Positions 27,189 to 37,322 of a stretch of 64,000 nt of DNA are shown one piece after another (within the stretch, counting starts at the first letter, position 1; the number at the start of each line of letters is the position of its first letter). The notes beneath the pieces are model-generated. The model was not told the DNA's origin, searched no databases, and was given only the letters and a program-made list of their open reading frames with translations. The DNA is from a virus: IMG/VR virus record IMGVR_UViG_3300025138_000013; one strand, given 5' to 3'. Position numbers and translations under genes: made by a program.

Positions 27189-28658
27189 ATGGCAGCAATA
27201 ATCACAGAGAAGTTTCGTACACATAATGCGAAACAATTTAAAGAAGACTTCTCAGCAGCAGAAGGAGCTTCTTCAACTTATATATTCATAGGAAGGTCAT
27301 TTCCATGGCCGAACGATGCAGTTCCTACTGCACCAGCAAATTCAGTTGGTGAAGAGTTAGACGCATGGTCAGATATGATTGCACTAAAGAAAGTGCCTAC
27401 TGGCGACGTAACTCATGGTCTAGTTAGATACAACTGGACAGAAAATGTAGTCTATGATGAATATCAACACGATGTAAGTGCATCAAACACTTCAACAGCA
27501 ACTAGTGCCTCAAATATTTACGATTCTAGATTTTATGTGATGACAGAAGAGTATAACGTATACAAATGTATAAGAACAGGAAGAGATGGAAACGGTGCTG
27601 TCGTTGCTTCTACTGTTAAACCAGTTGGTACATCTTCAACTACACTTATTCAAACTGCTGATGCGAATGTTGGAACAGGTAGAGGATATATATGGAAATA
27701 TATGTATTCAATCTCAGCTTCAGATGTAATCAAATTCGTAACTAATGACTTTATTCCAGTCAAAACAATTGGTGCTCAAACAGAAATATTTGGTAATGGT
27801 ACTAACGGTGGATTAGGCACACAAGCAACTAATGATAGTACTGCACAGTGGGACGTTGAAGCAGATGCAGTAGACGGTTCAATTTTACATATAGAAGTAA
27901 CTGAAGGTGGAAGTGGACATACAAACGGAACTGGTACATACGCAGGTGTTAACATCGATGGAGATGGTATAAATGGCAAGTGTTCAGTACACGTATCGGG
28001 TGGTAAAATCACTCACGTAACAGTTACAACTCCAGGCTCTGGTTATAGAAGAGCTTCTATAGACACAGCAGGAATCAGTGGTCTTGGTGGAAGTGGTAGT
28101 GTAATTAAACCTATCCTATCACCAATTGTTGGACACGGTGCAGACCCAGTAGAAGAATTGGGTGGAAACTACATTATCATCAACTCAAGATTTGAGTTTG
28201 GTGAAGGTGGTGGAGACTTCCCAACAGATAACGATTTCAGAAGAATAGGTTTATGTCAAGACCCATTTGCAAAAGGAACTACAACAGTTGGTTCTGCAAC
28301 GTCGATGACTGCATATTCACAAATGACATTATCGGGTGCAGCTGGTCTTGCTCCCGACGACATCATCATGGATACAAGTTCAGACGGTGTTGGTGTTGCA
28401 GTATCAAGAATTGTTTCTGTAAACGGAACAGTAATTTCTCATATACCAGTCGCAAATAGTGAAGGTGGTTATGCCAACTTTGCAGCTGCAGATGTAGTTT
28501 TTAAAGCAGGTGCAAATATTGGAACTGTATCAGCAGTAAATGCTTCACACCCCGAAGTGGAACACTACTCAGGCAACATCATGTACATTGAGAACCGTGG
28601 TGCTGTTTCTAGAGCTGCTGACCAAATCGAAGACATTAAATTAATTATTGAAATGTAA
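27189..28658 (+). CDS. gp8: baseplate wedge subunit
   Basis: MAAIITEKFR..NA, YIFIGR..PW, VYKCI, YIWKYMY, GHGADP..ELG, YSG..MYIENR, QIEDIKLIIE. Confidence 0.9.
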   Translation: MAAIITEKFRTHNAKQFKEDFSAAEGASSTYIFIGRSFPWPNDAVPTAPANSVGEELDAWSDMIALKKVPTGDVTHGLVRYNWTENVVYDEYQHDVSASNTSTATSASNIYDSRFYVMTEEYNVYKCIRTGRDGNGAVVASTVKPVGTSSTTLIQTADANVGTGRGYIWKYMYSISASDVIKFVTNDFIPVKTIGAQTEIFGNGTNGGLGTQATNDSTAQWDVEADAVDGSILHIEVTEGGSGHTNGTGTYAGVNIDGDGINGKCSVHVSGGKITHVTVTTPGSGYRRASIDTAGISGLGGSGSVIKPILSPIVGHGADPVEELGGNYIIINSRFEFGEGGGDFPTDNDFRRIGLCQDPFAKGTTTVGSATSMTAYSQMTLSGAAGLAPDDIIMDTSSDGVGVAVSRIVSVNGTVISHIPVANSEGGYANFAAADVVFKAGANIGTVSAVNASHPEVEHYSGNIMYIENRGAVSRAADQIEDIKLIIEM

Positions 28659-28703
28659 TATCGGGGAGAAATCCCCTTTACATTTTTAAAAGGCTAAAAG
28701 ACT

Positions 28704-31700
28704 ATGGCAGAGAAGACAGACTTAAATATATCACCCTATTACGACGATTATTCCGAAGATAAGAAGTTCCATAAAGTTCTTTATAGGGCTGGTCGTCCTT
28801 TGCAAGCAAGGGAATTAACACAGTCTCAATCTATTTTACAAAACCAAATCGAAAGAATGGGAGACCATTTTTTTGAAGAAGGTACTATTATCCAAGGTGC
28901 TCAAACGAACATCGATATGGATGTTTACTTTGTCAAAGTAAAAGCAGCCAATCCAAACGTAGATGGTGATACTGCAGTAGAAACATACAGAGAATCATTC
29001 CATGATAAGTACGTAAGAGGACAAACAACTGGTGTTGTTGCAAAGGTAGTAACATCAACTGCAGAAACTACTGCAGACAAACTAACATTATTTGTTAGAC
29101 CAGTACAACAAGGTACCAATTCTACTAATGACTTTATGTTCTCAGCAGGAGAAACATTAGAGTTAGTTGGATATGATTCAAGTGGTACTGTTTCTGCAGA
29201 TTCATCTTCCAAGAATGATTTCGAAATACAACCTTCTTCCGAGACACCAACAGGTAGAGCATCTCTTACAGAGATAACAGAAGGTGTTATATTCACTAGA
29301 GGATTCTTTACAAAGGTAGATAAACAAACTCTTATATTAGAAAAATATAATGGAGCTCCTTCATACAGAATAGGTTTAGATATTGTCGAATCTTTAGTGA
29401 CATCAGCTGCAGATGACTCATTAGAAGATAATGCAGCGGGTACATCAAATGAAAACGCAGCTGGTGCAGACCGTTTAAAATTCAGTTTAACATTAGCAAA
29501 ACATAAATTAGACTCGGTATTGGGTACATCTTTCGTTGAACTATCAAGAGTTAACGCAGGTGTTATCACACTTAAAATAGACAAAACAAAATATGCAGAA
29601 ATAGAAAATACCCTTGCACGAAGAACATTCGATGCAAACGGAGACTTCGTAGTCACACAATTTACTGCATCATTAAGACAACATTTAGATGACGGAACTA
29701 ATTTAGGTTTCTATACGAAGAATAATGGTGGAGACGAAGGAAGATTCGTATTCATGGTATCGCCGGGCAAGGCATATGTTAAAGGTTTCGAAATTGATAA
29801 AGTTGGAACAACTACTCTAAACATTCAAAAAGCAAGAACAACAGAATCATTGAATGGTGTATCAGCACCAATCAGATTAGGAAATAAATTAAGAGTATAT
29901 AATGCTCATGGTCTACCCGAGTTCGGTAACGAAACTGGTTCAGATACTATTGACCCACACAATCCATCATTGTTATATGATAAACTAGTAACAGCTTTAG
30001 GTATATCAGATACAGATGGAGCCTTAAGTGCAACTGGTAATATTGGAACATGTAGAATTAGAAACGTAGACCTTCATGAAGGTATCGACTCAAGTGATGT
30101 CTATACAGACACAGCTCTTTGGAATTTATATCTATTTGATATCAAGATGTTTACTAAACTTACTGGTACGATTGCAAACACATTCGTAGCAGGTGATAAA
30201 GTTACTGGTAGTTCAACTGGTACAAGTGCTATCGTTCACCATGTCGAGGGAAGTAATCTCTTTGTACATGATGTACAAGGTGCATTTACAACTTCTGATA
30301 ATATATCAGCAGAAGGTAGTGGAAACACTGCAACACTTACATCTTGTAGTGCAATTAGAACTTACAACATTGACCGTGCAAGAGCAATTGCACAAAAACC
30401 TAACAATACTAACAGAGAAATTTTCACTGCAGATGTTTCATTAACATTAGACAATACCCTAACTGGAACATTAATATTCCCAGGCACAGGTGACCTCACA
30501 AAAGTCACAGGTTTTGGAACTCAATTTGTAAAAGAACTGAAAGAGGGTGACCTAGTACTAGACCTTGCTGGTGATATTAATACCGTTGCCTCAGTCGAAA
30601 CAGAAACAGCAATGACCCTTACAGCAAATAATACTGGGGCAGGAAGTTTTAAAGCAACTCGAAGACGTGCAAAACTATTTGACCAAAATCAGACTGCAAA
30701 CATACATGCATTCCCAAGAGATTTTGTTGAAAGTCATACTCCACAATCTGTAACAGTAAGAAGACAAATAGTTAAAGAAGTTGCATCTAATCAGATACGT
30801 ATAACTACTGGAGCCCATGAGACATTCAATGCACGAAATACAGACAACTTTGCAATCTCAGTAAGAGAAGCAGGCAGTGGTTATGGAGCTGGTGCATTAA
30901 TTAATGTTGAAGATTTAAACCCAAGTGTAGGTGTTTCTGGCAATACAGAAGTATTAACTTTGACTCTTACAGGTAACAATGGTGCCTTTGTTGATGTAAC
31001 ATATACAGTAACAAAAACTAGTGGTGTCGTTTCAAGAGGTAAATCATTATCCAAAGCAAGAGTTTTAAAAGTATCAAAACCTAGAAGTGATAATGGTTTC
31101 TATGGAACTGCATACGATGACAAAGATATTACATTAGGTGTTGCAGACGTACACAAAGTTATTGGAGTATTCGAAGGAATTGATGGGACACCAATTACTC
31201 CAAATGCAATTATAACCACAAGTGATACATTTGTTAACCATGAAATAATCATTGGTCAGACTTCGGGTGCAAGAGCAAGTCTTATTAATTTTGGTGGTGG
31301 TAATCTCTCATATTGGTATTACACATCAACAGATGGTGAAGTATTCTTACCAAATGAAACTGTAGTAGGACAAACATCACTTGCAAGTGGTACAATGCCG
31401 ACTTCAGAAAGTGGTGGAGTTAACGCAGGTTCCCCCGACATTAAAGACAGATACTTCTTTGACAATGGTCAAAGAGATGGATACTATGACTTATCCAAAC
31501 TAACATTAAAACCTGGCCAACCTAAACCAAGTAATCCACTTTTACTAGTGTTTGATTCCTTTACAGTATCGGGTGGTGGAGACTTCTTTGATGTAAGTTC
31601 TTATTCATCAATCGATTATAAAGACATTCCAGTTTACTCACCAAACAAGGTAGACTTAGGTGGACTAGAACCCGATGGAACATTTGAACTTTCAGATTGT

Positions 31701-34700
31701 GTTGACTTTAGACCAGTAGTAGGACAGATTTTAGGAACAGTTTCATTTTCATCTACTGTTTCTCAGAACGTAGCATCTCCAGTAGATTTATCGAACTCAA
31801 CCAGTGGAGCTGTATTTGCACCATTTGGTTATGAGAGTGGTCGTTCTTTCGCTGATGCAAGAGGTTCTCAAATTACAGATACAGGTGCTAACTCAGTAGA
31901 TGTTCCAGTAAGTGGTTCATCTCTTAAAGGTAACATTAAATTCTATGTTGGAAGAATAGATAAAGTATTCTTGCATAAGAAAGGTAAGTTCGAAATATCT
32001 CAAGGAACTCCAGCATTATCTCCAACTAAACCTACAGCTCTGGATGATAGTATACAATTATTTGAAATGAGAATACCACCGTATACCAATAGGTTAAGTG
32101 ATATTCAAATAAGAAGTTTTGACCATAGACGATATACCATGAAGGATATCGGTAAGATAAACAATAGGGTTACTAACCTTGAAAGAATTACATCTCTTTC
32201 TTTATTAGAAAAAGATACACAAACAAAACAGATTTTAGATGCCGAAGGATTTGATAGATTCAAATCAGGCTTCTTAGTAGATAACTTCAGAGGTCATAAA
32301 ATTGGTGATGTAAATCATCCCGATTACAACTGTGCTATTGATACCAAGATGGGTATGTTAAGACCTAAGTCATTTACTCAATTCTTTGGTATTACACAAA
32401 ACGTAGGTGGGTCATCAAACTTTACAAAGACTGGTGATATAATTACTTTACCATATAGTGAAGTTAGTTATGTTAATCAAGATAAAGCTTCTCGTTCAAT
32501 TAATGTCAACCCTTATCATGTATTTGCATTTATTGGTGTTGTTAAGTTAACACCCGATACAGATATTTGGCAAGACACAGACAGACTGCCAGATGTGAGA
32601 GTTAACCGTGAAGGTAACTTTGATGCTGTTATGGCTGAGAATGCAAACTCACTAGGAACAGTTTGGAACTCATGGCAAACAACATGGGTTGGAGAACCTA
32701 CAGGTGTATCAACAGAAGTTCAATCAACTTCAAATGGTTCATGGAGTGGAGACCCATTACAAGGTGGAGAATGGGTAGCAGGAATAACTGTTAGTAGAGA
32801 AATTACAGAGACACCCGAAATTCAAACAAGAACTGGTGTAACAACAAGTGTAGTTGAAGATTTTGTAGAAACAAGAAACGATAGAATTGTATCAATGTCA
32901 TTGATACCATTTATTCGTTCAAGAACAATTGAAATTGATGCAACAAATTTAAAACCAAATTCAAACCATTACTTCTATTTCGATAACATCAATGTTAACA
33001 AATTTGTAAGACCTTTCAATGCAACGTATTCACAAGACGGTGGAACAACAGTTACTTCAGAATGTAAAACAGATGGTAATGGAAGACTAAGAGCATACTT
33101 TGAATTGCCTAACAGTGCAGCTCAAAGATTCCCAACAGGTCAAAGAGACTTAAGAATTACTTCAAGTTTCTACAATATGGCAAACCCTGCTTCACAGGGA
33201 AATGGAATGTACTCTGCACAAGGTATTTTACAAGCGACTCAAACAGAAGTTGTATCAACAAGAAATGGTAGAGTAATTAGAGAAGACCACTCAGCAACAA
33301 GAGACTTCTCAAGAAGAGGTGAAAGATTAAACTCTGAAATACATGAGACTGGCCCAGTTTTCCCACCAGTAAACGAGATACCAGTCGATAACTCTATTCA
33401 AATAATTGATATACCCGAACCTATAATTCCAGAGCTTAACATTACAATACCTAACATCATGCCCGATATTAGATTTATACCACCAGTTATAACTCTTCCA
33501 ACACCGCCAATCCTACCGATAGCAGTGCCACAGATTGATAGAAGAGATGTTGTACAACGACCAATAACTAGACCTTTAATCTTTGCTTTAAATGGTGGGG
33601 AGACTAGAGGTTGGGGTGACCCACTTGCACAATCATTCTTGGTTGATGCACAAGGTGGTATGGATATGACTTCAATCGACTTATTCTTTGCAAAGAAAGA
33701 TACATTCATGCCTTGTTCAGTACAAATTAGAAACATGGTTAATGGATATCCAGGCCAGATAGTATTACCTTTCTCAGATGTTACTAAGAATCCCGAGGAC
33801 ATTAATATATCTGCAGACGGTACAGTTTCAACAACATTTACATTTGAATCAATGGTTCATTTAGAACAAGATATGGAATACTGTTTTGTTGTTTACTCTA
33901 ACTCAAATGAGTATGAGTGCTTTATTTCTAGAATGGGTGAAACAGATTTAACAACTGCAGAAGTTATAAGTGGACAACCATATGCTGGTTCATTATTCAT
34001 GTCACAGAATGCTTCTACTTGGACTGCAGAACAAACAGACGACCTTAAATTTAACATGAAGGTTGCAAAATATGAGATTGATAAAGTCGGTAATGTTAAT
34101 TTTGAAAATGATTCTTTACCATACACTAACCTACAAACAAATCCGATAGAAACTTTTGCAGATAAAAAAATTAAAGTGTATTCTTATAATCATGGTTTCT
34201 ATGACGACACCAGTAATAAAGATAACGTAACAATAGCTGGTGTTGTTGGAGACAAGAAAAATTCTGCAGTGATAGTAGCAAGTTTCTCACAGAGTGGTAG
34301 TGATGCATTACCAGCAGATGGAACAATCGATTGTACAGCTGATACTCATACTGTGGCCACTGGGAACGGTAGTGGAATCAAATGTGAAGTTATCATAGCA
34401 AGTGGTGCAATTACAGATGTAAACATTTTAAAAGTTGGACAGAACTATACTACTGGTGATGTCATTACAATTACAAATATTGGAAGTTCAAATGCAGATG
34501 TAACTGTAGTATTAGGAACACCCGAAGATACTTTAGGTGGATGTCCTATTGATGTAATTAATAGATTACATAGCACTCTTGCAGATAGAGGAATAGATTC
34601 ATTTAGATTTACTCCATCTCTCAGCGGATACTCATTCTCAAGTCTTTATGCATTCGAATCAACAGTCGGTGGTGGTGCAAATGCAACTGCAACAAGAAAC

Positions 34701-35483
34701 TATTATTTTGATTCAATTCATACAATGATTCCTTCAGTTCAATTGCAAGGAACTATTATTAGTGCAAACGTTCTTACAACTCCTCAGTATTCACCCGAGG
34801 GAATAATAAGTGGTACTGCATATCAAAGACGTTCAACAAACAAATTTGTAACATTGAATGATAACGTGTTCTTTGATGCCCCATCAATTATAGCTTCAAG
34901 TGACAATGAATCTAGAGAGATGTCATCACAGAAATCTTTCAATTTACAATTACAATTAATGTCATTCAACCCTAACATATCACCTATGATTGATGTACAA
35001 GCAGCGGGTTGTTTAGCAATTGCAAACAGAATTAACAATATAGACAGTGCAACTAGTAAGAAAAACAATGGTAGTACAAACTCTCTACCAGCTGGTTCAA
35101 CATTCGTTCCATCAACTGAATCAGAGGGTGATAATAATGCAATGGTCTATGTAACAAGGAAGGTGAATCTTAAAACTCCAGCAACATCTTTAAAAGTTAT
35201 TGCAGATATGTATAGACCACCAACAACAGAACTTAAATTGATGTTTAAAATCATCAAGAATGATGAAGAAACTTTACTAGATGATGTCGGATTTGAATAT
35301 TTCAATACAGATGGTTCACCCGATGTCTCAACAGAAGCAGATGCAAGAAACTTTAAAGAATATGAGTTCACTGCAGATAATTTACCCGAGTTTAGTGGAT
35401 TCGTTGTTAAAATAGTAGGACAAGGAACAAGTACAGCAATAGTACCAGCGGTAACGGCACTAAGATGTATGGCACTTGCATAA
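28704..35483 (+). CDS. very large virion structural protein (VrlC/DUF4815-like)
   Basis: NISPYYDDY...FHKVL.R.GRPLQARELTQ.QSILQNQ, RFKSGF.VDNF, DPLAQSF, GSLF.SQNA.TW. Confidence 0.8.
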   Translation: MAEKTDLNISPYYDDYSEDKKFHKVLYRAGRPLQARELTQSQSILQNQIERMGDHFFEEGTIIQGAQTNIDMDVYFVKVKAANPNVDGDTAVETYRESFHDKYVRGQTTGVVAKVVTSTAETTADKLTLFVRPVQQGTNSTNDFMFSAGETLELVGYDSSGTVSADSSSKNDFEIQPSSETPTGRASLTEITEGVIFTRGFFTKVDKQTLILEKYNGAPSYRIGLDIVESLVTSAADDSLEDNAAGTSNENAAGADRLKFSLTLAKHKLDSVLGTSFVELSRVNAGVITLKIDKTKYAEIENTLARRTFDANGDFVVTQFTASLRQHLDDGTNLGFYTKNNGGDEGRFVFMVSPGKAYVKGFEIDKVGTTTLNIQKARTTESLNGVSAPIRLGNKLRVYNAHGLPEFGNETGSDTIDPHNPSLLYDKLVTALGISDTDGALSATGNIGTCRIRNVDLHEGIDSSDVYTDTALWNLYLFDIKMFTKLTGTIANTFVAGDKVTGSSTGTSAIVHHVEGSNLFVHDVQGAFTTSDNISAEGSGNTATLTSCSAIRTYNIDRARAIAQKPNNTNREIFTADVSLTLDNTLTGTLIFPGTGDLTKVTGFGTQFVKELKEGDLVLDLAGDINTVASVETETAMTLTANNTGAGSFKATRRRAKLFDQNQTANIHAFPRDFVESHTPQSVTVRRQIVKEVASNQIRITTGAHETFNARNTDNFAISVREAGSGYGAGALINVEDLNPSVGVSGNTEVLTLTLTGNNGAFVDVTYTVTKTSGVVSRGKSLSKARVLKVSKPRSDNGFYGTAYDDKDITLGVADVHKVIGVFEGIDGTPITPNAIITTSDTFVNHEIIIGQTSGARASLINFGGGNLSYWYYTSTDGEVFLPNETVVGQTSLASGTMPTSESGGVNAGSPDIKDRYFFDNGQRDGYYDLSKLTLKPGQPKPSNPLLLVFDSFTVSGGGDFFDVSSYSSIDYKDIPVYSPNKVDLGGLEPDGTFELSDCVDFRPVVGQILGTVSFSSTVSQNVASPVDLSNSTSGAVFAPFGYESGRSFADARGSQITDTGANSVDVPVSGSSLKGNIKFYVGRIDKVFLHKKGKFEISQGTPALSPTKPTALDDSIQLFEMRIPPYTNRLSDIQIRSFDHRRYTMKDIGKINNRVTNLERITSLSLLEKDTQTKQILDAEGFDRFKSGFLVDNFRGHKIGDVNHPDYNCAIDTKMGMLRPKSFTQFFGITQNVGGSSNFTKTGDIITLPYSEVSYVNQDKASRSINVNPYHVFAFIGVVKLTPDTDIWQDTDRLPDVRVNREGNFDAVMAENANSLGTVWNSWQTTWVGEPTGVSTEVQSTSNGSWSGDPLQGGEWVAGITVSREITETPEIQTRTGVTTSVVEDFVETRNDRIVSMSLIPFIRSRTIEIDATNLKPNSNHYFYFDNINVNKFVRPFNATYSQDGGTTVTSECKTDGNGRLRAYFELPNSAAQRFPTGQRDLRITSSFYNMANPASQGNGMYSAQGILQATQTEVVSTRNGRVIREDHSATRDFSRRGERLNSEIHETGPVFPPVNEIPVDNSIQIIDIPEPIIPELNITIPNIMPDIRFIPPVITLPTPPILPIAVPQIDRRDVVQRPITRPLIFALNGGETRGWGDPLAQSFLVDAQGGMDMTSIDLFFAKKDTFMPCSVQIRNMVNGYPGQIVLPFSDVTKNPEDINISADGTVSTTFTFESMVHLEQDMEYCFVVYSNSNEYECFISRMGETDLTTAEVISGQPYAGSLFMSQNASTWTAEQTDDLKFNMKVAKYEIDKVGNVNFENDSLPYTNLQTNPIETFADKKIKVYSYNHGFYDDTSNKDNVTIAGVVGDKKNSAVIVASFSQSGSDALPADGTIDCTADTHTVATGNGSGIKCEVIIASGAITDVNILKVGQNYTTGDVITITNIGSSNADVTVVLGTPEDTLGGCPIDVINRLHSTLADRGIDSFRFTPSLSGYSFSSLYAFESTVGGGANATATRNYYFDSIHTMIPSVQLQGTIISANVLTTPQYSPEGIISGTAYQRRSTNKFVTLNDNVFFDAPSIIASSDNESREMSSQKSFNLQLQLMSFNPNISPMIDVQAAGCLAIANRINNIDSATSKKNNGSTNSLPAGSTFVPSTESEGDNNAMVYVTRKVNLKTPATSLKVIADMYRPPTTELKLMFKIIKNDEETLLDDVGFEYFNTDGSPDVSTEADARNFKEYEFTADNLPEFSGFVVKIVGQGTSTAIVPAVTALRCMALA

Positions 35484-35484
35484 G

Positions 35485-35685
35485 ATGGGTATTAAAGTCG
35501 AAGGACATAGTCATCTTTACAGAGAAGAAACTTCTCATGCTATTATAAATACAGATATAGAACAATATAGATTACATAAAGTTAGAAAACAGAGGTTTTT
35601 AAATCAAAAAGATGAGATAAATACTCTTAAAAGTGAAGTAACAGAGATGAAATTGATGCTTCAACAATTATTGGATAGGACATAA
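35485..35685 (+). CDS. small coiled-coil protein
   Basis: KVEGHSHLYRE..SHAIIN...EINTLK.EV.EMK.ML; ATG at 35485. Confidence 0.65.
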   Translation: MGIKVEGHSHLYREETSHAIINTDIEQYRLHKVRKQRFLNQKDEINTLKSEVTEMKLMLQQLLDRT

Positions 35686-37316
35686 TGGCAAAAACAGTAG
35701 ACACATACTCAACTATTGAACAGTTTAGAACCAAATACAACGAATTAGCTGTTGATGTTGGTGATAAGTCTGGCCTAAGAACAGAAAATACTCAAACTGT
35801 AATAGATGCACTTAATAGTTTGGAAGATAAGTCATTCTTTTTCCAAGAGTTCATCTATACTGCAACAGCTGGTCAGACAACATACACTGGTGGTGACGAT
35901 TTTGCTAATGTACTTAGATTAAGACAAGATAGATTCCAAGTATTTAAAAATTCAACTCTATTACTAGAGGGTGCAGACTATTCTATATCCCAAGTAACTG
36001 GAAACATCTACTTTAGATTAGTTCTAACTAGTGGTGCATCAGCAGGTGACAAGGTTGTTATATATTCCTTCACAGGTTCATACTTAGGAACATCTACAAT
36101 CGGTGGTCAATCAGTTGGTTTCTTTACAGAGACCGCTGCAAATACAATTTTTAATAATAACGATAGTGGATTAATTTTAAATGGTAATTTTGCAGATGAT
36201 GCTAGCAGGGTAACTACTCTTACTGGTACAAATACAATTGAAATGTATGGTAAGACCTTCCATGATGGCGACTTTACAGTAGACACTGGACATACAATCA
36301 CCGCACCAACCTTTACGGACTCTACAGCAACGATTACAGGCGGTGTGGGTACAGGTTTTAATACTATAACCTCAACAATATTCATTGGTAACTTAAGTGG
36401 TACAACTGCAGCTTTGAGTTCAACGGTAACTGCTGGTGGAGACATTACTTCATCTACAGACATAATTGCTGGAAGTGAATTTGTAATCGGAAGTGCAAGA
36501 ATAGACCAAACAGATTTAGAAAAAATCGATGACCTAGTAAACGGAACTGTAAGTGCTAGTAAAGTAGTTGTAGTAGATTCAAATAAAGATATCACTGGAT
36601 TCAGAAACGTTGGTGCAACAGGTACCATTACTGCTGGTGGAGACATTACTTCATCTACAGATATAATTGCTGGTAGTGAATTCGTAATCGGAAGTGCAAG
36701 AGTAAGTGAGGCCGAACTAGAAATACTAGACGGTGCAACTTTATCTACTACAGAGATTAACTATCTTGACGGAACTACATTAGGAAACGTTGTTGCTAGT
36801 AAAGCAGTTGCAGTATCTTCAGATAAAGATATCACTGGATTTAGAAACATTACTGCAACAGGTACCATATCAACTAGTAGTGAACTAGACGGTGGTTCTT
36901 TAGATATCAGTGGTAATGCAGATATCGATGGTAACTTAGATGTAGGTGGTAACTTAACATTCAATGGTGTAACTTTCCAAGAATACGCACAGGACAAAGT
37001 ATCGGGTCTATTAAACCATGGTTCTCATACAAACATCACTGCAACTTATGACGATGCAGCTGATAAGATTCTACTTACTGGAGTTCCTACATATGGGGAT
37101 AACGATGTCGCTGCATTGACAGTTGGCGGTACTGGTATTACTGAAACATATACTGGAGATGGAAACTCTTTGACATTTGCTACAGACCCAGGCGATGGAT
37201 TGATACATAGTGGTAGTGGAGTATCAGATAAAATTAAATTGGATTATGAAGTGGTTTCTAATGCACCTTCGAGTGTAGGTAGTACAAAAGTGGGACACTT
37301 ATGGTTCGTGGTATAA
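35685..37316 (+). CDS. tail fibre protein 1
   Basis: G/T/S-rich with an internal duplication (TAGGDITSSTDIIAGSEFVIGSAR twice); C-terminal AP..(x7)GHLWF. Confidence 0.7.
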   Translation: MAKTVDTYSTIEQFRTKYNELAVDVGDKSGLRTENTQTVIDALNSLEDKSFFFQEFIYTATAGQTTYTGGDDFANVLRLRQDRFQVFKNSTLLLEGADYSISQVTGNIYFRLVLTSGASAGDKVVIYSFTGSYLGTSTIGGQSVGFFTETAANTIFNNNDSGLILNGNFADDASRVTTLTGTNTIEMYGKTFHDGDFTVDTGHTITAPTFTDSTATITGGVGTGFNTITSTIFIGNLSGTTAALSSTVTAGGDITSSTDIIAGSEFVIGSARIDQTDLEKIDDLVNGTVSASKVVVVDSNKDITGFRNVGATGTITAGGDITSSTDIIAGSEFVIGSARVSEAELEILDGATLSTTEINYLDGTTLGNVVASKAVAVSSDKDITGFRNITATGTISTSSELDGGSLDISGNADIDGNLDVGGNLTFNGVTFQEYAQDKVSGLLNHGSHTNITATYDDAADKILLTGVPTYGDNDVAALTVGGTGITETYTGDGNSLTFATDPGDGLIHSGSGVSDKIKLDYEVVSNAPSSVGSTKVGHLWFVV

Positions 37317-37322
37317 TATGAT